The notes below the pieces were generated by a model. That model searched no databases. It was not told the origin of the DNA and saw only the letters and a program-made list of their open reading frames with translations. The translations under genes and the position numbers were made by a program. Shown piece after piece: positions 9,096 to 19,022 of a stretch of DNA of 64,000 nucleotides. Source of the DNA: a virus; the IMG/VR virus record IMGVR_UViG_3300027763_000050, positions 1-64,000 of that record; one strand, written 5' to 3'. Numbering within the stretch: position 1 is the stretch's first letter; each line of letters begins with the position of its first letter.

Positions 9096-10252
9096 CTTAC
9101 CGCAAACAGGACGCTCAAGCAATTGTCCAGTCAGCTAAACAGTTGGGTGTTGACCCAGGCAGCCTCGCTGGTCTATTTGAGCTGGAATCAGGCGGCGACC
9201 CTAACATCTGGGGCGGAGAAGGCGGCAAATACCGAGGCCTAATTCAGTTCGGCCCTGATGCCAGGCGGGAAGTCGGGCTGCCAAATAAAAGCATGTCCGT
9301 CACGGAGCAATTGCCATACGTAGAAAGGTATTTACGACAAAGAGGATTTCAGCCTGGTAAGATGGGTGCCAAGGAGCTTTATCGAACAGTATTAGTAGGA
9401 AATCCCTTTCAGGGCGGAACGGATTCCTTCGGTACAAATTCAGATAAAGCCGCAGCAAGAATGGCCCCAGGTGGCGACCTCTACAAGCGAGGGCTTGGGA
9501 GGATTCAATCAGGCCTAGGCAGCTCCTTATCACCAACCGCGACAAGCGGAGTAAGCAGCAGTTCAAAGCCTATGGATTTTATGGGGCAACAAGTGTCAGC
9601 GCCAATGGAGGAATCAGTGCGTCCTCCCATGGCGGGAGACATATTTTCGGCTCCTGCGGGGGAAGAGTCAGGTGAAATGAGTCCTCACCTAGCAGCCGCG
9701 ACGGACGCAATGATGAAGGCACTTGATATGAGCTCAACGCCGACTCCTGCCAATGACGCGGCCATTGGAGTCAGCACAGCACTGGCCGGGAGCGAGGTAC
9801 CCGCAGGTATTAGCGGGGCTCCCACGGTAAAAGTTGGAGACGTAGTTGATCGGGCGGGGCGATCATCATTGGGGTTAAACAAGGGTGTTGGCGAGGCCTG
9901 CGCTATCAGTGCGGCAACAATACTGAACAAGATGGGAAGAAACGTGCCAGTCCCTAGCGGCAAGAGCTGGGATGGATTGTCTACCGGTGGGGCGCTGGCA
10001 TCAAGGTTCTTCAATGATCAGGTGGCGACAAAGATACCCATTAGCCAGGTGCAGCCTGGGGATCCAATTGCGTTTGCTAATACCTATGGCAACTGGGGGC
10101 CAGGAACAATTACTCATGTCGGGGTGGCAGCGGGCAAAGATCCAAATACCGGCCAACTAATGATGTACGACCACTCGTCAAGATCTGGAGTAGTAAAAAG
10201 GCCGGTTAGCACTTTTGCTCAGCCTCTTTACGCCGCAAGACTCAGGGATTAG
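9092..10252 (+). CDS. Virion-associated peptidoglycan hydrolase: lytic transglycosylase-like N-domain plus NlpC/P60/CHAP-like C-domain
   Basis: ELESGGDPN...YRGLIQFG; C-terminal EACA...QPGDPIAF...THVGV Cys/His dyad. Confidence 0.75.
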   Translation: MTYRKQDAQAIVQSAKQLGVDPGSLAGLFELESGGDPNIWGGEGGKYRGLIQFGPDARREVGLPNKSMSVTEQLPYVERYLRQRGFQPGKMGAKELYRTVLVGNPFQGGTDSFGTNSDKAAARMAPGGDLYKRGLGRIQSGLGSSLSPTATSGVSSSSKPMDFMGQQVSAPMEESVRPPMAGDIFSAPAGEESGEMSPHLAAATDAMMKALDMSSTPTPANDAAIGVSTALAGSEVPAGISGAPTVKVGDVVDRAGRSSLGLNKGVGEACAISAATILNKMGRNVPVPSGKSWDGLSTGGALASRFFNDQVATKIPISQVQPGDPIAFANTYGNWGPGTITHVGVAAGKDPNTGQLMMYDHSSRSGVVKRPVSTFAQPLYAARLRD

Positions 10253-10324
10253 CGGCGACAGATTGGGATACTGGCAAAAGGAAAAGCAGATACATTGCCG
10301 GGGACAACAAATGCCCGTCAATCA

Positions 10325-10762
10325 ATGGATGCTTTTATCCAGGTAGTGGCACCAGGTTTGCTGGGAGTCGGGGCTACCGCACTGTCCTGGGCGGCCGGCA
10401 AGGCGGTTCAGCGCACAAAGATGAAACGGATCATGCCTGTCTTGGCCCGGGCGTATTCAATTCTTGACCCGCTGCTAAATACGTACATCAAGTCTTACAG
10501 CGGCTCAGACGTGGAGTTTGCGTTCAAGAGCGTTATCTACGCCATGGCCGACGGCGAGCTAACACCAGGGGAAATTAAGACCGCCCTGGGGGAAGCACAG
10601 CGACGTTGGTTGCCATCCCGTGCGGCCGGTAAAACCATTGACCCCGAAAATGTCACGGGGAGAATGGTGGCCGAGGTTAATAAGACCATACAGCTTGATC
10701 CGCACAACCGTGACATAAGCGCATTGGCTAACACACTAACTCTGATTGGAAAGTATCACTAA
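10325..10762 (+). CDS. Hypothetical membrane-anchored protein
   Basis: Hydrophobic N-terminus; coupled to next ORF (TAATG). Confidence 0.6.
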   Translation: MDAFIQVVAPGLLGVGATALSWAAGKAVQRTKMKRIMPVLARAYSILDPLLNTYIKSYSGSDVEFAFKSVIYAMADGELTPGEIKTALGEAQRRWLPSRAAGKTIDPENVTGRMVAEVNKTIQLDPHNRDISALANTLTLIGKYH

Positions 10763-11106
10763 TGGAATTCCTAATAGCCGGCGCCCTTTCGGCAATTATC
10801 GGAGCGGGGGTCGGAGGCGGCCTGGTGAATATTGGTCGGGGGAGACAGGACAAATCCCTGTCAAGCCGTTTGGCTAATCTGGAGCAGACCGTTCCCGAGT
10901 TGATCTCCAGGAGCGAGGTTCAAACGGCATTTCAGCAAGCCGCCCAAATCCAGGCCCAGCAAATTGCCCAACAACAGGCTGCTCAGCAGTTTTCAGTGCA
11001 GCCCCCTCGTGCAGGCGCTGAATTGAACGGACAGATTAACGAGCAGTTAAAAGGACTAGACAATCGGCTGCGGCAGGTTTACAGCCAATTTGGGCTACAG
11101 GGTTAA
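10762..11106 (+). CDS. Hypothetical membrane protein with Gln-rich coiled coil
   Basis: N-terminal TM segment, Q-rich middle. Confidence 0.65.
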   Translation: MEFLIAGALSAIIGAGVGGGLVNIGRGRQDKSLSSRLANLEQTVPELISRSEVQTAFQQAAQIQAQQIAQQQAAQQFSVQPPRAGAELNGQINEQLKGLDNRLRQVYSQFGLQG

Positions 11107-11472
11107 TCAATCCCATCGTCGTTATCAAACCAGCGCGGGTTAGAGACCGACGAAGACTTGAATGTGCAGGGGGCGGCCAAACCGTCTCCTGTATCAAGGA
11201 CCAGTCGCTGCAGCAAGTTAGTGGGGAGTTTGCCGCAATGGGAGCGCTCTGCGGCCCTAAGTAGCAGCCCCAGGGGCTTCTCAAAATCTCCCAGTCCGCA
11301 GGGGCGGCTATCGGATATTGAGGACAAAGAATCAATAGCTTGGGCCAGATAACTGCCGGTTCGCTGATCGCCGGCCCACTGCTGGGAGAAAACGCGGGCT
11401 GCGAGGGAATGAAATCTCATGGTTGGTTCCATTTTCGTAAGATAGATAAAAGCCCGAACCAGGGCATGCAGA

Positions 11473-11856
11473 GTGCAAGCCGTGGATCGAAGATACAGCC
11501 AAAACCGCTTTTACGACGGCACTAGGGCAACCGCTCGAAATGAGCAAAGGGGTGACGCCTTGGTGCGTCGGTACCTGGGCAGGGCTAGGCAGGAGAACAG
11601 ATTTGCCCAGGATTTCGGGGGAAGCACGGGCGGGCAGTCGAGCATGGATTACAGATCTGGTGGCGGTAAAGTCTCCAGCCTGCGTCGCCAAGAAAGGGAA
11701 AGCGGAAACGCTGTATTTGAATCCGAAGGGAGTGGCCAGCTGGGGGCGGCGGCGGAACTTAAGGCGGCCCGGCCCAAGTCTTACTACGCCCTCAAGCCCG
11801 GCGATGGATTTAGTCCGTCTCAGGAGGAGCTTGACCAACAGAATTTGATGCCGTAG
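11473..11856 (+). CDS. Hypothetical protein
   Basis: GTG ORF with TAAGAT box upstream; composition like the late genes. Confidence 0.5.
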   Translation: MQAVDRRYSQNRFYDGTRATARNEQRGDALVRRYLGRARQENRFAQDFGGSTGGQSSMDYRSGGGKVSSLRRQERESGNAVFESEGSGQLGAAAELKAARPKSYYALKPGDGFSPSQEELDQQNLMP

Positions 11857-12280
11857 GTGGCCACTGGATTTCGACCCAGTTAGACGAAATACGGGTGGCA
11901 TTGGGCTGGGTTCGCAGGGACAGGTATCGAATAACTTCGTCGGCGCTGTAACCCTCAACCTTAAAAAGACAGCGACCGCCTGTGTCCCATTCGTCATCGT
12001 CATAGGGATCCCACCAACGGCCAACGGTGAAGGGGGATTCCTGGAGAAGGCGATAATCCGGCATCTGCTGATGAGCAAAATGAATCCGCCGCGCAAGATC
12101 AGCAATTCGCCGCATAACAAGTGGGGTTAATTGGCCGCGCTCCTCCTCCGATGCGGGGAGCGCATCACGCCACATAAGCCAAGAGTCAAGGACTATTGCC
12201 CGCCATGAACTCCACCAGACACCAGTTGGCAGTCTGAATTCATCGCCTGGCACCATGCTGAAAGGAAGATGTAACGACAT
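11810..12280 (-). CDS. Hypothetical protein (possible peptidase M15-like remnant)
   Basis: Co-oriented, tightly packed ORF. Confidence 0.55.
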   Translation of the reverse strand: MSLHLPFSMVPGDEFRLPTGVWWSSWRAIVLDSWLMWRDALPASEEERGQLTPLVMRRIADLARRIHFAHQQMPDYRLLQESPFTVGRWWDPYDDDEWDTGGRCLFKVEGYSADEVIRYLSLRTQPNATRISSNWVEIQWPPTASNSVGQAPPETD

Positions 12281-12284
12281 GGAT

Positions 12285-12908
12285 CTAGGCGTAAGGTTTT
12301 TTGTGAAGGGTTTCCCAGTTTTGCCGCCAAGTTATATCGCCAGAATCTGAGTTCATTACGACCCTGCCGATTGGGCCACAGATTCCATAGAAAGCAGCCA
12401 AGCGTTCATGAAACTGCCGCGGTTCAGCAGGTGGCAGGAAAACGATGTAGGTCCAAGTGGACGGGTAGGTATCAAAAAACTGTTCAAGGTCCGGGTCAAA
12501 CCACTGGCTCCTTAGTCGCCTAAATGGGAATGCAAGAGGGAAATCCCAAGACCAAGGCGTTTTGCAGAGGGCTTCATTCGATGAAGTGATCAGCACCGCT
12601 TGCCTAATATCACCGGCCCGATACGCCTCCCAGCAACGGGTAAAAAGCCTTGTTGTTACCGGAACGCCAAACGGAGAGAAGGCAAGGACTCGGGTGTCTT
12701 TGCAAACATTCCAGTCTTGGCGGCAGGCTTCTTCTAAGGAAAGCTTGTTGCGGTCAAAGTAATTTTTAGCAAGGACAGCTTTATTGGCAGTCTCACAGGA
12801 GAAAGGATCGAGATCAATGCCGCCCATAGCAGAGCGGGCGATTGTGATTGCGACCTTGGGTGGGGCTATTTCGCTGCGAATTGGTTCAAGAAACTTTTTC
12901 TTGGTCAC
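12285..12908 (-). CDS. Phage DNA methyltransferase-like protein with atypical catalytic motif
   Basis: ARSAMGGIDLDPFSCETANKAV.A..YF motif; FSPFG at the usual NPPY position. Confidence 0.6.
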   Translation of the reverse strand: MTKKKFLEPIRSEIAPPKVAITIARSAMGGIDLDPFSCETANKAVLAKNYFDRNKLSLEEACRQDWNVCKDTRVLAFSPFGVPVTTRLFTRCWEAYRAGDIRQAVLITSSNEALCKTPWSWDFPLAFPFRRLRSQWFDPDLEQFFDTYPSTWTYIVFLPPAEPRQFHERLAAFYGICGPIGRVVMNSDSGDITWRQNWETLHKKPYA

Positions 12909-13357
12909 GGTTTATATTCCTCCAGCATGGCAAGGATTGCGCGGGCTGGCTGATCACGAGTAATTATCAGCAATTCAAGACGAGAGCCATCAAGGAGCAA
13001 GATTGGTACATATTTTTCAGTGTTTAATTCAGTCAGCTTGAGGGCAATTTCGGCAAGACTGGCGGCAATCGCGGTGTCGCCTTCTGCAATCGCAAGGTCT
13101 TTGTCTGCATGGATCTCGTCAAGGGTCATGTAGCCAGACGGGCCGGCTTTTTTGGCAAGACGATTGACCAGTACACCTGGGCCCTGGGCGGAAAAACCGG
13201 CATCAAACAGATTTATTTGATCGGCCAGAATCGCTTCACAGGCCAGAGTGTTGTATTTGAGTGAGGCCTCATTGTCAGCAATTGAGCCACCACCGTGGTT
13301 AGAAAAGAAGTGGTGAACAAATTCAACGCGGGTGGGTCTAGTGCGGGGTGACTTCAT
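12905..13357 (-). CDS. Hypothetical protein
   Basis: Overlapping start/stop operon packing. Confidence 0.65.
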   Translation of the reverse strand: MKSPRTRPTRVEFVHHFFSNHGGGSIADNEASLKYNTLACEAILADQINLFDAGFSAQGPGVLVNRLAKKAGPSGYMTLDEIHADKDLAIAEGDTAIAASLAEIALKLTELNTEKYVPILLLDGSRLELLIITRDQPARAILAMLEEYKP

Positions 13358-13592
13358 GGAATCGTACGGCGAGGTGATCGGTTAAAAGTTCAACGGCTGT
13401 GCAAAGGCCAAGGAGTTCGGGCTGATCGTTCATGCGACGCAGAACTTCTGCCGTTTCACTCATTAGCCCGTGCGCGGTAATTACCTTGTCGAGCAGGTGA
13501 TGCAGCTCTAAACAGCTAAGATCTTGATCCATTCGAGAATCTGAAAAATCCTCTAAAGCAAGTTCAAGATCTTCAGGGCCAAATGGAGTCAT
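13338..13592 (-). CDS. Hypothetical protein
   Basis: Operon packing. Confidence 0.6.
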   Translation of the reverse strand: MTPFGPEDLELALEDFSDSRMDQDLSCLELHHLLDKVITAHGLMSETAEVLRRMNDQPELLGLCTAVELLTDHLAVRFHEVTPH

Positions 13593-13867
13593 GGTGATTC
13601 CTCATTGGTTTGGGTTTGCTGTTGCTGAGCCGATAAGCAGTCGCCAATCGTGAAGTCTTTGTCAATGCCTTTGGCGTATACCAAGGTGTCAACGCTCCAA
13701 CCAACTGGCGGCTCATTTAGCTCTTCTGAATGCGCATCCCAGCCCCAGTTGCAGGAATCCTTTATGGCGTCCCAGATGAAATCATTGATAGCAGCAGGAG
13801 CGGAAGTAGACCACGCAAAGTAGGTGGTAGAAACTTCGACCTTGAATAGCTGGCGATTATCTGTCAC
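13589..13867 (-). CDS. Hypothetical protein
   Basis: Operon packing (GTGA overlap). Confidence 0.6.
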   Translation of the reverse strand: MTDNRQLFKVEVSTTYFAWSTSAPAAINDFIWDAIKDSCNWGWDAHSEELNEPPVGWSVDTLVYAKGIDKDFTIGDCLSAQQQQTQTNEESP

Positions 13868-14574
13868 GGGGCAAGCCTCGCTTTACCGCAGCGATGATTT
13901 ACCCACCAGCCGGTGACTTCTGGGGCCCAGCGTTTGATTTGTGCAAGAGTCATTTCCATCAACTGACGGATTTCATATTGCGCATTGGGCTTAAGTCTCA
14001 TGTCGAGAATGTGCAGCCAGGAGCGCAGACTGCCGCTGACAAGGCCGCACTGGAAATAGGTAGTTACCAAGACTTGCCTGGCCTGCTCCTCTGGGACGCC
14101 TCGATCCCTTAAACGTTTGTAGTCATGGGCCGAACTTAGACATATGGCCAGGTGTTCCTCGACGTCATCGTCAGTCCAGGCGACAACTTCCCCTTGGCGG
14201 TCACGGTAATTACCAGGCGGGCGGACGTAGAAAACTTCTTCTACTAAACGCTTACCCTCGGCAACATCGACGACACGCGCCCCGGTGTATCGAAGGGATT
14301 GAAAGTCGCAGGTGATATGACGATGAGTGCGGAGTTGCATCATCGTGTTGTGGTCAGCCTGAATTGCTAGCGAAATCTGAGGGTGCTCAAGGGGGCCGTA
14401 GTGACCACGGTCGCCAGCCAAGAGCCGTGAGACGCAAATTTCACCGCACTTGGCTTCATCAAGCGGGGTGTCGACTACATAGTCCTCGCTGTAGTCGGTG
14501 TGCATAGCCAGGTAGGCCGTGCGCTGGGGGAGTTCGGTGGCCGCAACAGTGGCTACCTGAAAGGGGGCTTGCAC
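13864..14574 (-). CDS. thyX: Flavin-dependent thymidylate synthase
   Basis: GHYGPLEH, QLRTHR...FQSLRY ThyX motif, GVPEEQARQVL, AQYEIR. Confidence 0.92.
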   Translation of the reverse strand: MQAPFQVATVAATELPQRTAYLAMHTDYSEDYVVDTPLDEAKCGEICVSRLLAGDRGHYGPLEHPQISLAIQADHNTMMQLRTHRHITCDFQSLRYTGARVVDVAEGKRLVEEVFYVRPPGNYRDRQGEVVAWTDDDVEEHLAICLSSAHDYKRLRDRGVPEEQARQVLVTTYFQCGLVSGSLRSWLHILDMRLKPNAQYEIRQLMEMTLAQIKRWAPEVTGWWVNHRCGKARLAP

Positions 14575-14660
14575 GGGGATTGCGTGACTGGGCGCAGTGT
14601 AAGCCCTGTCTTGCAGACTGCAAGCCCTAATTTGTTTCGATTGAGTTAAGACCCCTCAGG

Positions 14661-15503
14661 TTAAGCGTTCTTTATGTCGGCTAGAAGCGTCTGGTAGTAA
14701 GCCATGGGGTCTTTTACGGATGGGACCTTTATGCCCTTGAGGTTAGAAATAGCCGAACTCATTGCATCGCCAGTCTCCTCAGCGCTGAGGTATGCCATGT
14801 CGTGGAGATAGTTAATACCCTTGCGTGAATTCTCCTTGTCGTCGTCTGCATCGGCAAGAGTTGCCATTGTTGCCTGATCAGAGGTACCTGGTCGTGATGG
14901 CGGCTTGCTGAGGGCGTCGCTCCAGATCTTGGCTTTACTGGCCGGCGAAGTATCCCTGAATGTTTGAGCTCGATTAACGGCATCGGCATAGCGAGAGTTA
15001 ACGGGGAGCGGTGCTGATGCGGTGCTTGAGGGTGCGGTGCCTGAAGATGTGGCGTCTTTTGGGGTGTAGAACGCCGTGCCTTCGTATGAGTACCCAAAGT
15101 CCTGCCCCGGCTTGCCCTTAAGCCTTGCTATTTCATCTGCGTCAGAGGTAAAGACGTAGTCCCCTTTGATATTCCTGAAGCGTCCAACCGCATTCCGGTT
15201 ATTGGCAGCCTGGGTAAACGCTCTGCCAGTATTCTCCTCTAACGTATATCCGTGCTCAGTAGTGGCCTTATCCCGCTCTTCGTCGCTGGTCGTCAGCAGA
15301 TGTCCACCGGTTTGAGAATTGAATAGGCGGTAGACCTTGGCAGCACCTGAGTTCTCGGGTGAGTCATCAAGAAGATTAAAAGCAGTGCCTTCCTTTTTGA
15401 ATTGCCCTGCCCGTTCAAGAGCCTCCTGTTCCGGGGTATTGGTAGTAATGTGATGCTGACCAGTAGTCGGATTGAAGTAACGAACTGCAGCAGTGCTAGC
15501 CAT
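14661..15503 (-). CDS. DUF5648-like repeat domain protein
   Basis: Three repeats of V.R.FN..TG.H..T....E......G...EG.AF. Confidence 0.7.
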   Translation of the reverse strand: MASTAAVRYFNPTTGQHHITTNTPEQEALERAGQFKKEGTAFNLLDDSPENSGAAKVYRLFNSQTGGHLLTTSDEERDKATTEHGYTLEENTGRAFTQAANNRNAVGRFRNIKGDYVFTSDADEIARLKGKPGQDFGYSYEGTAFYTPKDATSSGTAPSSTASAPLPVNSRYADAVNRAQTFRDTSPASKAKIWSDALSKPPSRPGTSDQATMATLADADDDKENSRKGINYLHDMAYLSAEETGDAMSSAISNLKGIKVPSVKDPMAYYQTLLADIKNA

Positions 15504-15535
15504 CTGAAAATCTACGTTATGTCAATTCTAGGGAA

Positions 15536-16195
15536 TTAAGTTTCTTCTTCTTCCTCTTCCTGCGCTTGGTCTTCCAGTAGGTCAATACGGTCCCTGAGCC
15601 ACTGGCCGCCTTCCTTGATCATTAAGCTATGGAAATCAGGGGCGCGGACCTTGGAGAGATGAATGAAGTTATTGGTTTCATTCATTAATTTTTGGACGGA
15701 GAACTCAAGGTCAAGTTTGTCAAAGCCTCTGCCGTCACGGAAATGCGGTATGCCCTTAGCCCTGTAATGCAAGGGGTTTACGCAGAATTTATTGTCACAG
15801 AGTCGCTCAAGGGGTAGCCGGCCGATGTCACCCCACGTCGTCCAGACAGCAAAGCGAGACGCGGAAAAAACCGGAGTTGAGCTCCAGTGCCTGGGGACCC
15901 TGAAATAAGCGGAGCCGCGATGGATTAAGCCGTGCCAATCCCAGCATGTATCGGGCGATTGGAGTTCAACAAAGGACCAAAACCTGAGGAATCTTTTACG
16001 CCAGGCTCGGTGAATTTTGTGGATGTCAAGGGATATGCGCCCTTCAGCAAAGCGGGCACAGCAACGGACACAAGCGCAACTATCGGAGTAACGGGGTATT
16101 TTATTGTCTCTTGTGCCGTACGAGTGTTCAGCGAAAGGGCAAGGCGCTGACTGGACTACCTCAGAGTGCAGATTTACAGGTATTGTCCACACCAT
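15536..16195 (-). CDS. His-Me finger (HNH-like) zinc-binding protein, possibly catalytically inactive
   Basis: CWDWHG and LCDNKFCVNPLH; additional CACVRC zinc knuckle. Confidence 0.65.
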   Translation of the reverse strand: MVWTIPVNLHSEVVQSAPCPFAEHSYGTRDNKIPRYSDSCACVRCCARFAEGRISLDIHKIHRAWRKRFLRFWSFVELQSPDTCWDWHGLIHRGSAYFRVPRHWSSTPVFSASRFAVWTTWGDIGRLPLERLCDNKFCVNPLHYRAKGIPHFRDGRGFDKLDLEFSVQKLMNETNNFIHLSKVRAPDFHSLMIKEGGQWLRDRIDLLEDQAQEEEEEET

Positions 16196-16351
16196 GGCAT
16201 AACAGGTCGTAAAGAGAATCTATCGAAAAGTGCGGGACTTACGCTTGACCCTTGCATCAGAGGCTCTTCCTACAGCCAAATTGATGTCCGCTGTCAGACC
16301 CCAAATGGGGAGAGTCGCGCCGGGGCCTGCCCCCGACTAGCCGCCCGCAGA

Positions 16352-16609
16352 TCAATCAGCTTTTAGCAGCCGGTTGACAGCGTGTTTACGGGGGCTCTGC
16401 AGACCGTCCCATACGACCATTGCGTAGGTAGTTGTGTATCCGCGGGAATTGCGGTCAATCACCAGCTCAGTGACTTTGCCGTGACGAATTTCTGAGACGC
16501 AGCGAACAAAGTCACTGAACCCAGGGCTAGAAGGGGTTGCAACGTGAACTCCTTGATTGGAGCGTTCGATAACTCGATCACCAATGCCAAGGCGGGATTT
16601 AGTAGTCAT
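16352..16609 (-). CDS. Small SH3/KOW-like protein
   Basis: IGDRV...GKVTE...VVWDG pattern. Confidence 0.55.
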   Translation of the reverse strand: MTTKSRLGIGDRVIERSNQGVHVATPSSPGFSDFVRCVSEIRHGKVTELVIDRNSRGYTTTYAMVVWDGLQSPRKHAVNRLLKAD

Positions 16610-16845
16610 GCTTTGAGAGGGTAACCGGCGGGAGGTGTGTACGTACCGCCCAGGGCAACGGGCTGCTCGTGGGCCGCCATAGGAGTTATGAAGCCAATAG
16701 GCCACAGCTCCTGTCGGGTACTTCCCTCAATTGCGACCGGTAGAAGTCGAGCGCCGCCAGGGGTTAGCTCGGTCCGGCCAATTACAAGTGCAGTGCGCTT
16801 GGTGACTGTGTGAGTTACGCGACTGCCGATAACTGGAGTGGGCAT
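16606..16845 (-). CDS. Small SH3-like hypothetical protein
   Basis: IGSRVTH pattern; ATGA coupling. Confidence 0.5.
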   Translation of the reverse strand: MPTPVIGSRVTHTVTKRTALVIGRTELTPGGARLLPVAIEGSTRQELWPIGFITPMAAHEQPVALGGTYTPPAGYPLKA

Positions 16846-16896
16846 CCGTCCGAGGGAAGACGAAGGCATGTTATCGCCCATCTTGCGGAGTGCAAG

Positions 16897-17445
16897 CTAG
16901 GAAAGGGCCAAATCAAGCGGATTGGATTCGGTCTCGTCGTCCACGGGCATTCCAGCCTCGTCGGGCGAGAGGCCGTTACCGCGAGAGGAGATGCGGTCAA
17001 CTTTGACGGAGGCCTCGAGGAGCATTTCCCGGGCGCGGGCAAACGACTCTTGCCAGCGGATGGGTTCGACAAAATCAGGAACGACGATTCGACCGATGTC
17101 TGCCTGGATTAAAAGGGCGGCGCACTGTGAGCAAGTCATCAGGGGCCACACATATACGTCGGCTCCGGCCAGGCAGACACCATTGCGGGCGGCATAGGCG
17201 ACAAGGTTTGCCTCGGCGTGGACGGTCATTGCCAAACGGGTATCGCGGTTTTTAAGCCGGTGGTCGGTATCGGCAACACCAGAGGGCAGTCCGTTGTATG
17301 CCGTGCCAAGAATCCGCCGCTGTCTAACTGCTATAGCTCCGACTTTTGTGGATGGATCCTTTCCCCAACTGGCTACATGAGCGGCCAACTGCAGGAAGCG
17401 TGAATCCCAGTCGGGTGGTGTTTTTGGTGGTTTTATTGAGCCCAT
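16897..17445 (-). CDS. dCMP deaminase
   Basis: KDPSTKVGA, YNG.P.G, HAEAN, CxxC zinc ligands. Confidence 0.9.
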   Translation of the reverse strand: MGSIKPPKTPPDWDSRFLQLAAHVASWGKDPSTKVGAIAVRQRRILGTAYNGLPSGVADTDHRLKNRDTRLAMTVHAEANLVAYAARNGVCLAGADVYVWPLMTCSQCAALLIQADIGRIVVPDFVEPIRWQESFARAREMLLEASVKVDRISSRGNGLSPDEAGMPVDDETESNPLDLALS

Positions 17446-17477
17446 AGAATCACAAGGTTGACAACCCGTTATGAGCA

Positions 17478-17777
17478 ATGTACCGATTCACTCGCGACAA
17501 ACCGGAGGCTCCTGTAACTAACAAGCGCCTGTCGATCGTTGAAGTGATCAACGAGTCCGCTGCCATGATTGTTGCGGTTGGAATTACCAGTATTGTTGGC
17601 TTGCTGGTAAACATACAGATCCAACAAACCAAGCTGGACCAAGGGATTGCAGGGCTCAGGAGCGACATGGATGAGATTCGTAATGAAGTGCGTCTAAAGA
17701 TGCAATCCGTCCAGCTACAAATTGAGAAGCTGGATGATCGGACAAGGCGGCTAGAAATAAAAGACGCCGGAAACTAA
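17478..17777 (+). CDS. Membrane protein with coiled coil (holin-like candidate)
   Basis: One TM helix followed by heptad repeat. Confidence 0.55.
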   Translation: MYRFTRDKPEAPVTNKRLSIVEVINESAAMIVAVGITSIVGLLVNIQIQQTKLDQGIAGLRSDMDEIRNEVRLKMQSVQLQIEKLDDRTRRLEIKDAGN

Positions 17778-17778
17778 A

Positions 17779-18042
17779 ATGCCCCGCTGGTTGTCTGCTG
17801 CAATTGTGGGGGTTGTCGGCACCACGGCAGCCCTTTCAGTTGGGATGTATTTGAGCTGCAGTTTTTATTACAACCCGCGGGTCATTGAGTATTACAAAAA
17901 CGCTCGACCCAGCCAGGAGGGAGTGGACAGCAGGTTGCAGGTAATGAGTTGCGCCGGGGCTGACGACAGGGCGCTGACAGTCCTGGCTGGCTTACTGGCA
18001 ACCCTGGTGTCACTGGCAAGTCAACCGCCAGGTCGGCCGTAG
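17779..18042 (+). CDS. Two-TM membrane protein (holin-like candidate)
   Basis: Hydrophobic N- and C-terminal helices with a Cys pair. Confidence 0.55.
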   Translation: MPRWLSAAIVGVVGTTAALSVGMYLSCSFYYNPRVIEYYKNARPSQEGVDSRLQVMSCAGADDRALTVLAGLLATLVSLASQPPGRP

Positions 18043-18049
18043 GGATGGG

Positions 18050-18373
18050 CTAAGTCGTTTCAGTTACGTCAGCGCCAGAGCCCACTGCTGCCTGTTCGAG
18101 CTCAGGCTGGGGTCTATAGCCGGCCGCCCAGAGAGCACGGCATTTGGCGTTGAGCTGGTCCCTGGTGAGGCCCCATGCTTTGAGTGCGGCTTCTAGGTCC
18201 GCAACGATGCCGGTGCTGCCTGGGAAGTCCTCGTGGCGAATTAGCAGGCGGGCGCAGTTAGTTAGATGGGAATCGTTTGGCGAGGAGCCGCTGGCCAGGA
18301 CTGAGTCGGCTATACGGCGATCAGCGGAGTAGAGGGGGTGGAGTCGATCGTTTTCCAGCGGCTGAACGAGCAC
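18050..18373 (-). CDS. DUF3288-like cyanobacterial protein
   Basis: HPLY..DR...D...ARLLIR..DFPG...DL...L..WGL.RD.LN...R..WA.G.RP...VGSG.D. Confidence 0.75.
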   Translation of the reverse strand: MLVQPLENDRLHPLYSADRRIADSVLASGSSPNDSHLTNCARLLIRHEDFPGSTGIVADLEAALKAWGLTRDQLNAKCRALWAAGYRPQPELEQAAVGSGADVTETT

Positions 18374-18994
18374 TTTGCAAGCTGCAGGGTACTACTGAGA
18401 CTACCAGCCAGGGGGGCAAGGCGGGGGAAACGGGCAAGACTCAGTAAGACAAACGTAAGACTGAAACTAAAAAGGTGACATGGTACAAAATGAACAGTGC
18501 TGTCGTACCAATGGGTTTGGAGCTGTGTGCGCCGTGATCGGAGGGTCATGTTTCGGCCTTGTTAATCGCCGAGATCGACTGCAGGGGAAGGAGTCTAAGG
18601 GGGTTGTGCGCCGTGTGCGCTGAAAACCCTACCTAACACTTATATAGGATTTATCTTTCTGGTTTAGGTCCACCAGAATTCCTGTTAACAAAATCATAGC
18701 GCAAGCCACAGAAAGCATAAACATGTTCACCCCGATACAAAACTCCCCCTCTTTCTGCCGAATTAATTATTTTGTAGCGGTAATAGGAAACCGACGCACG
18801 GCAGCACACAGCCCGGTCTCATTCCAGTGCAGGGAGTTTCGAGGACGCAAAAATTTAGACCACCCGCACACTTCTTATTTTGAGACAAAAAATCCCTCAA
18901 ATCCATTCCAGCGCAGTACCAGCAAAATCAAGCTAATCTCAAAACAGGGGTTGCGCTCTCAGTCTTAGACAGATACCAGCAAGACACAAAAGCC

Positions 18995-19022
18995 AAAATA
19001 AAAGCCCCGGTGTGCGCGGGGC
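18995..19022 (-). terminator. Intrinsic terminator after primase-helicase
   Basis: GCCCCG/CGGGGC stem with U-tract on the minus strand. Confidence 0.7.

Noticed and set aside
11332-12120. 262-aa minus-strand ORF and similar antisense or shadow ORFs throughout the track
   Set aside because: Overlap better-supported genes and lack motifs or plausible starts.
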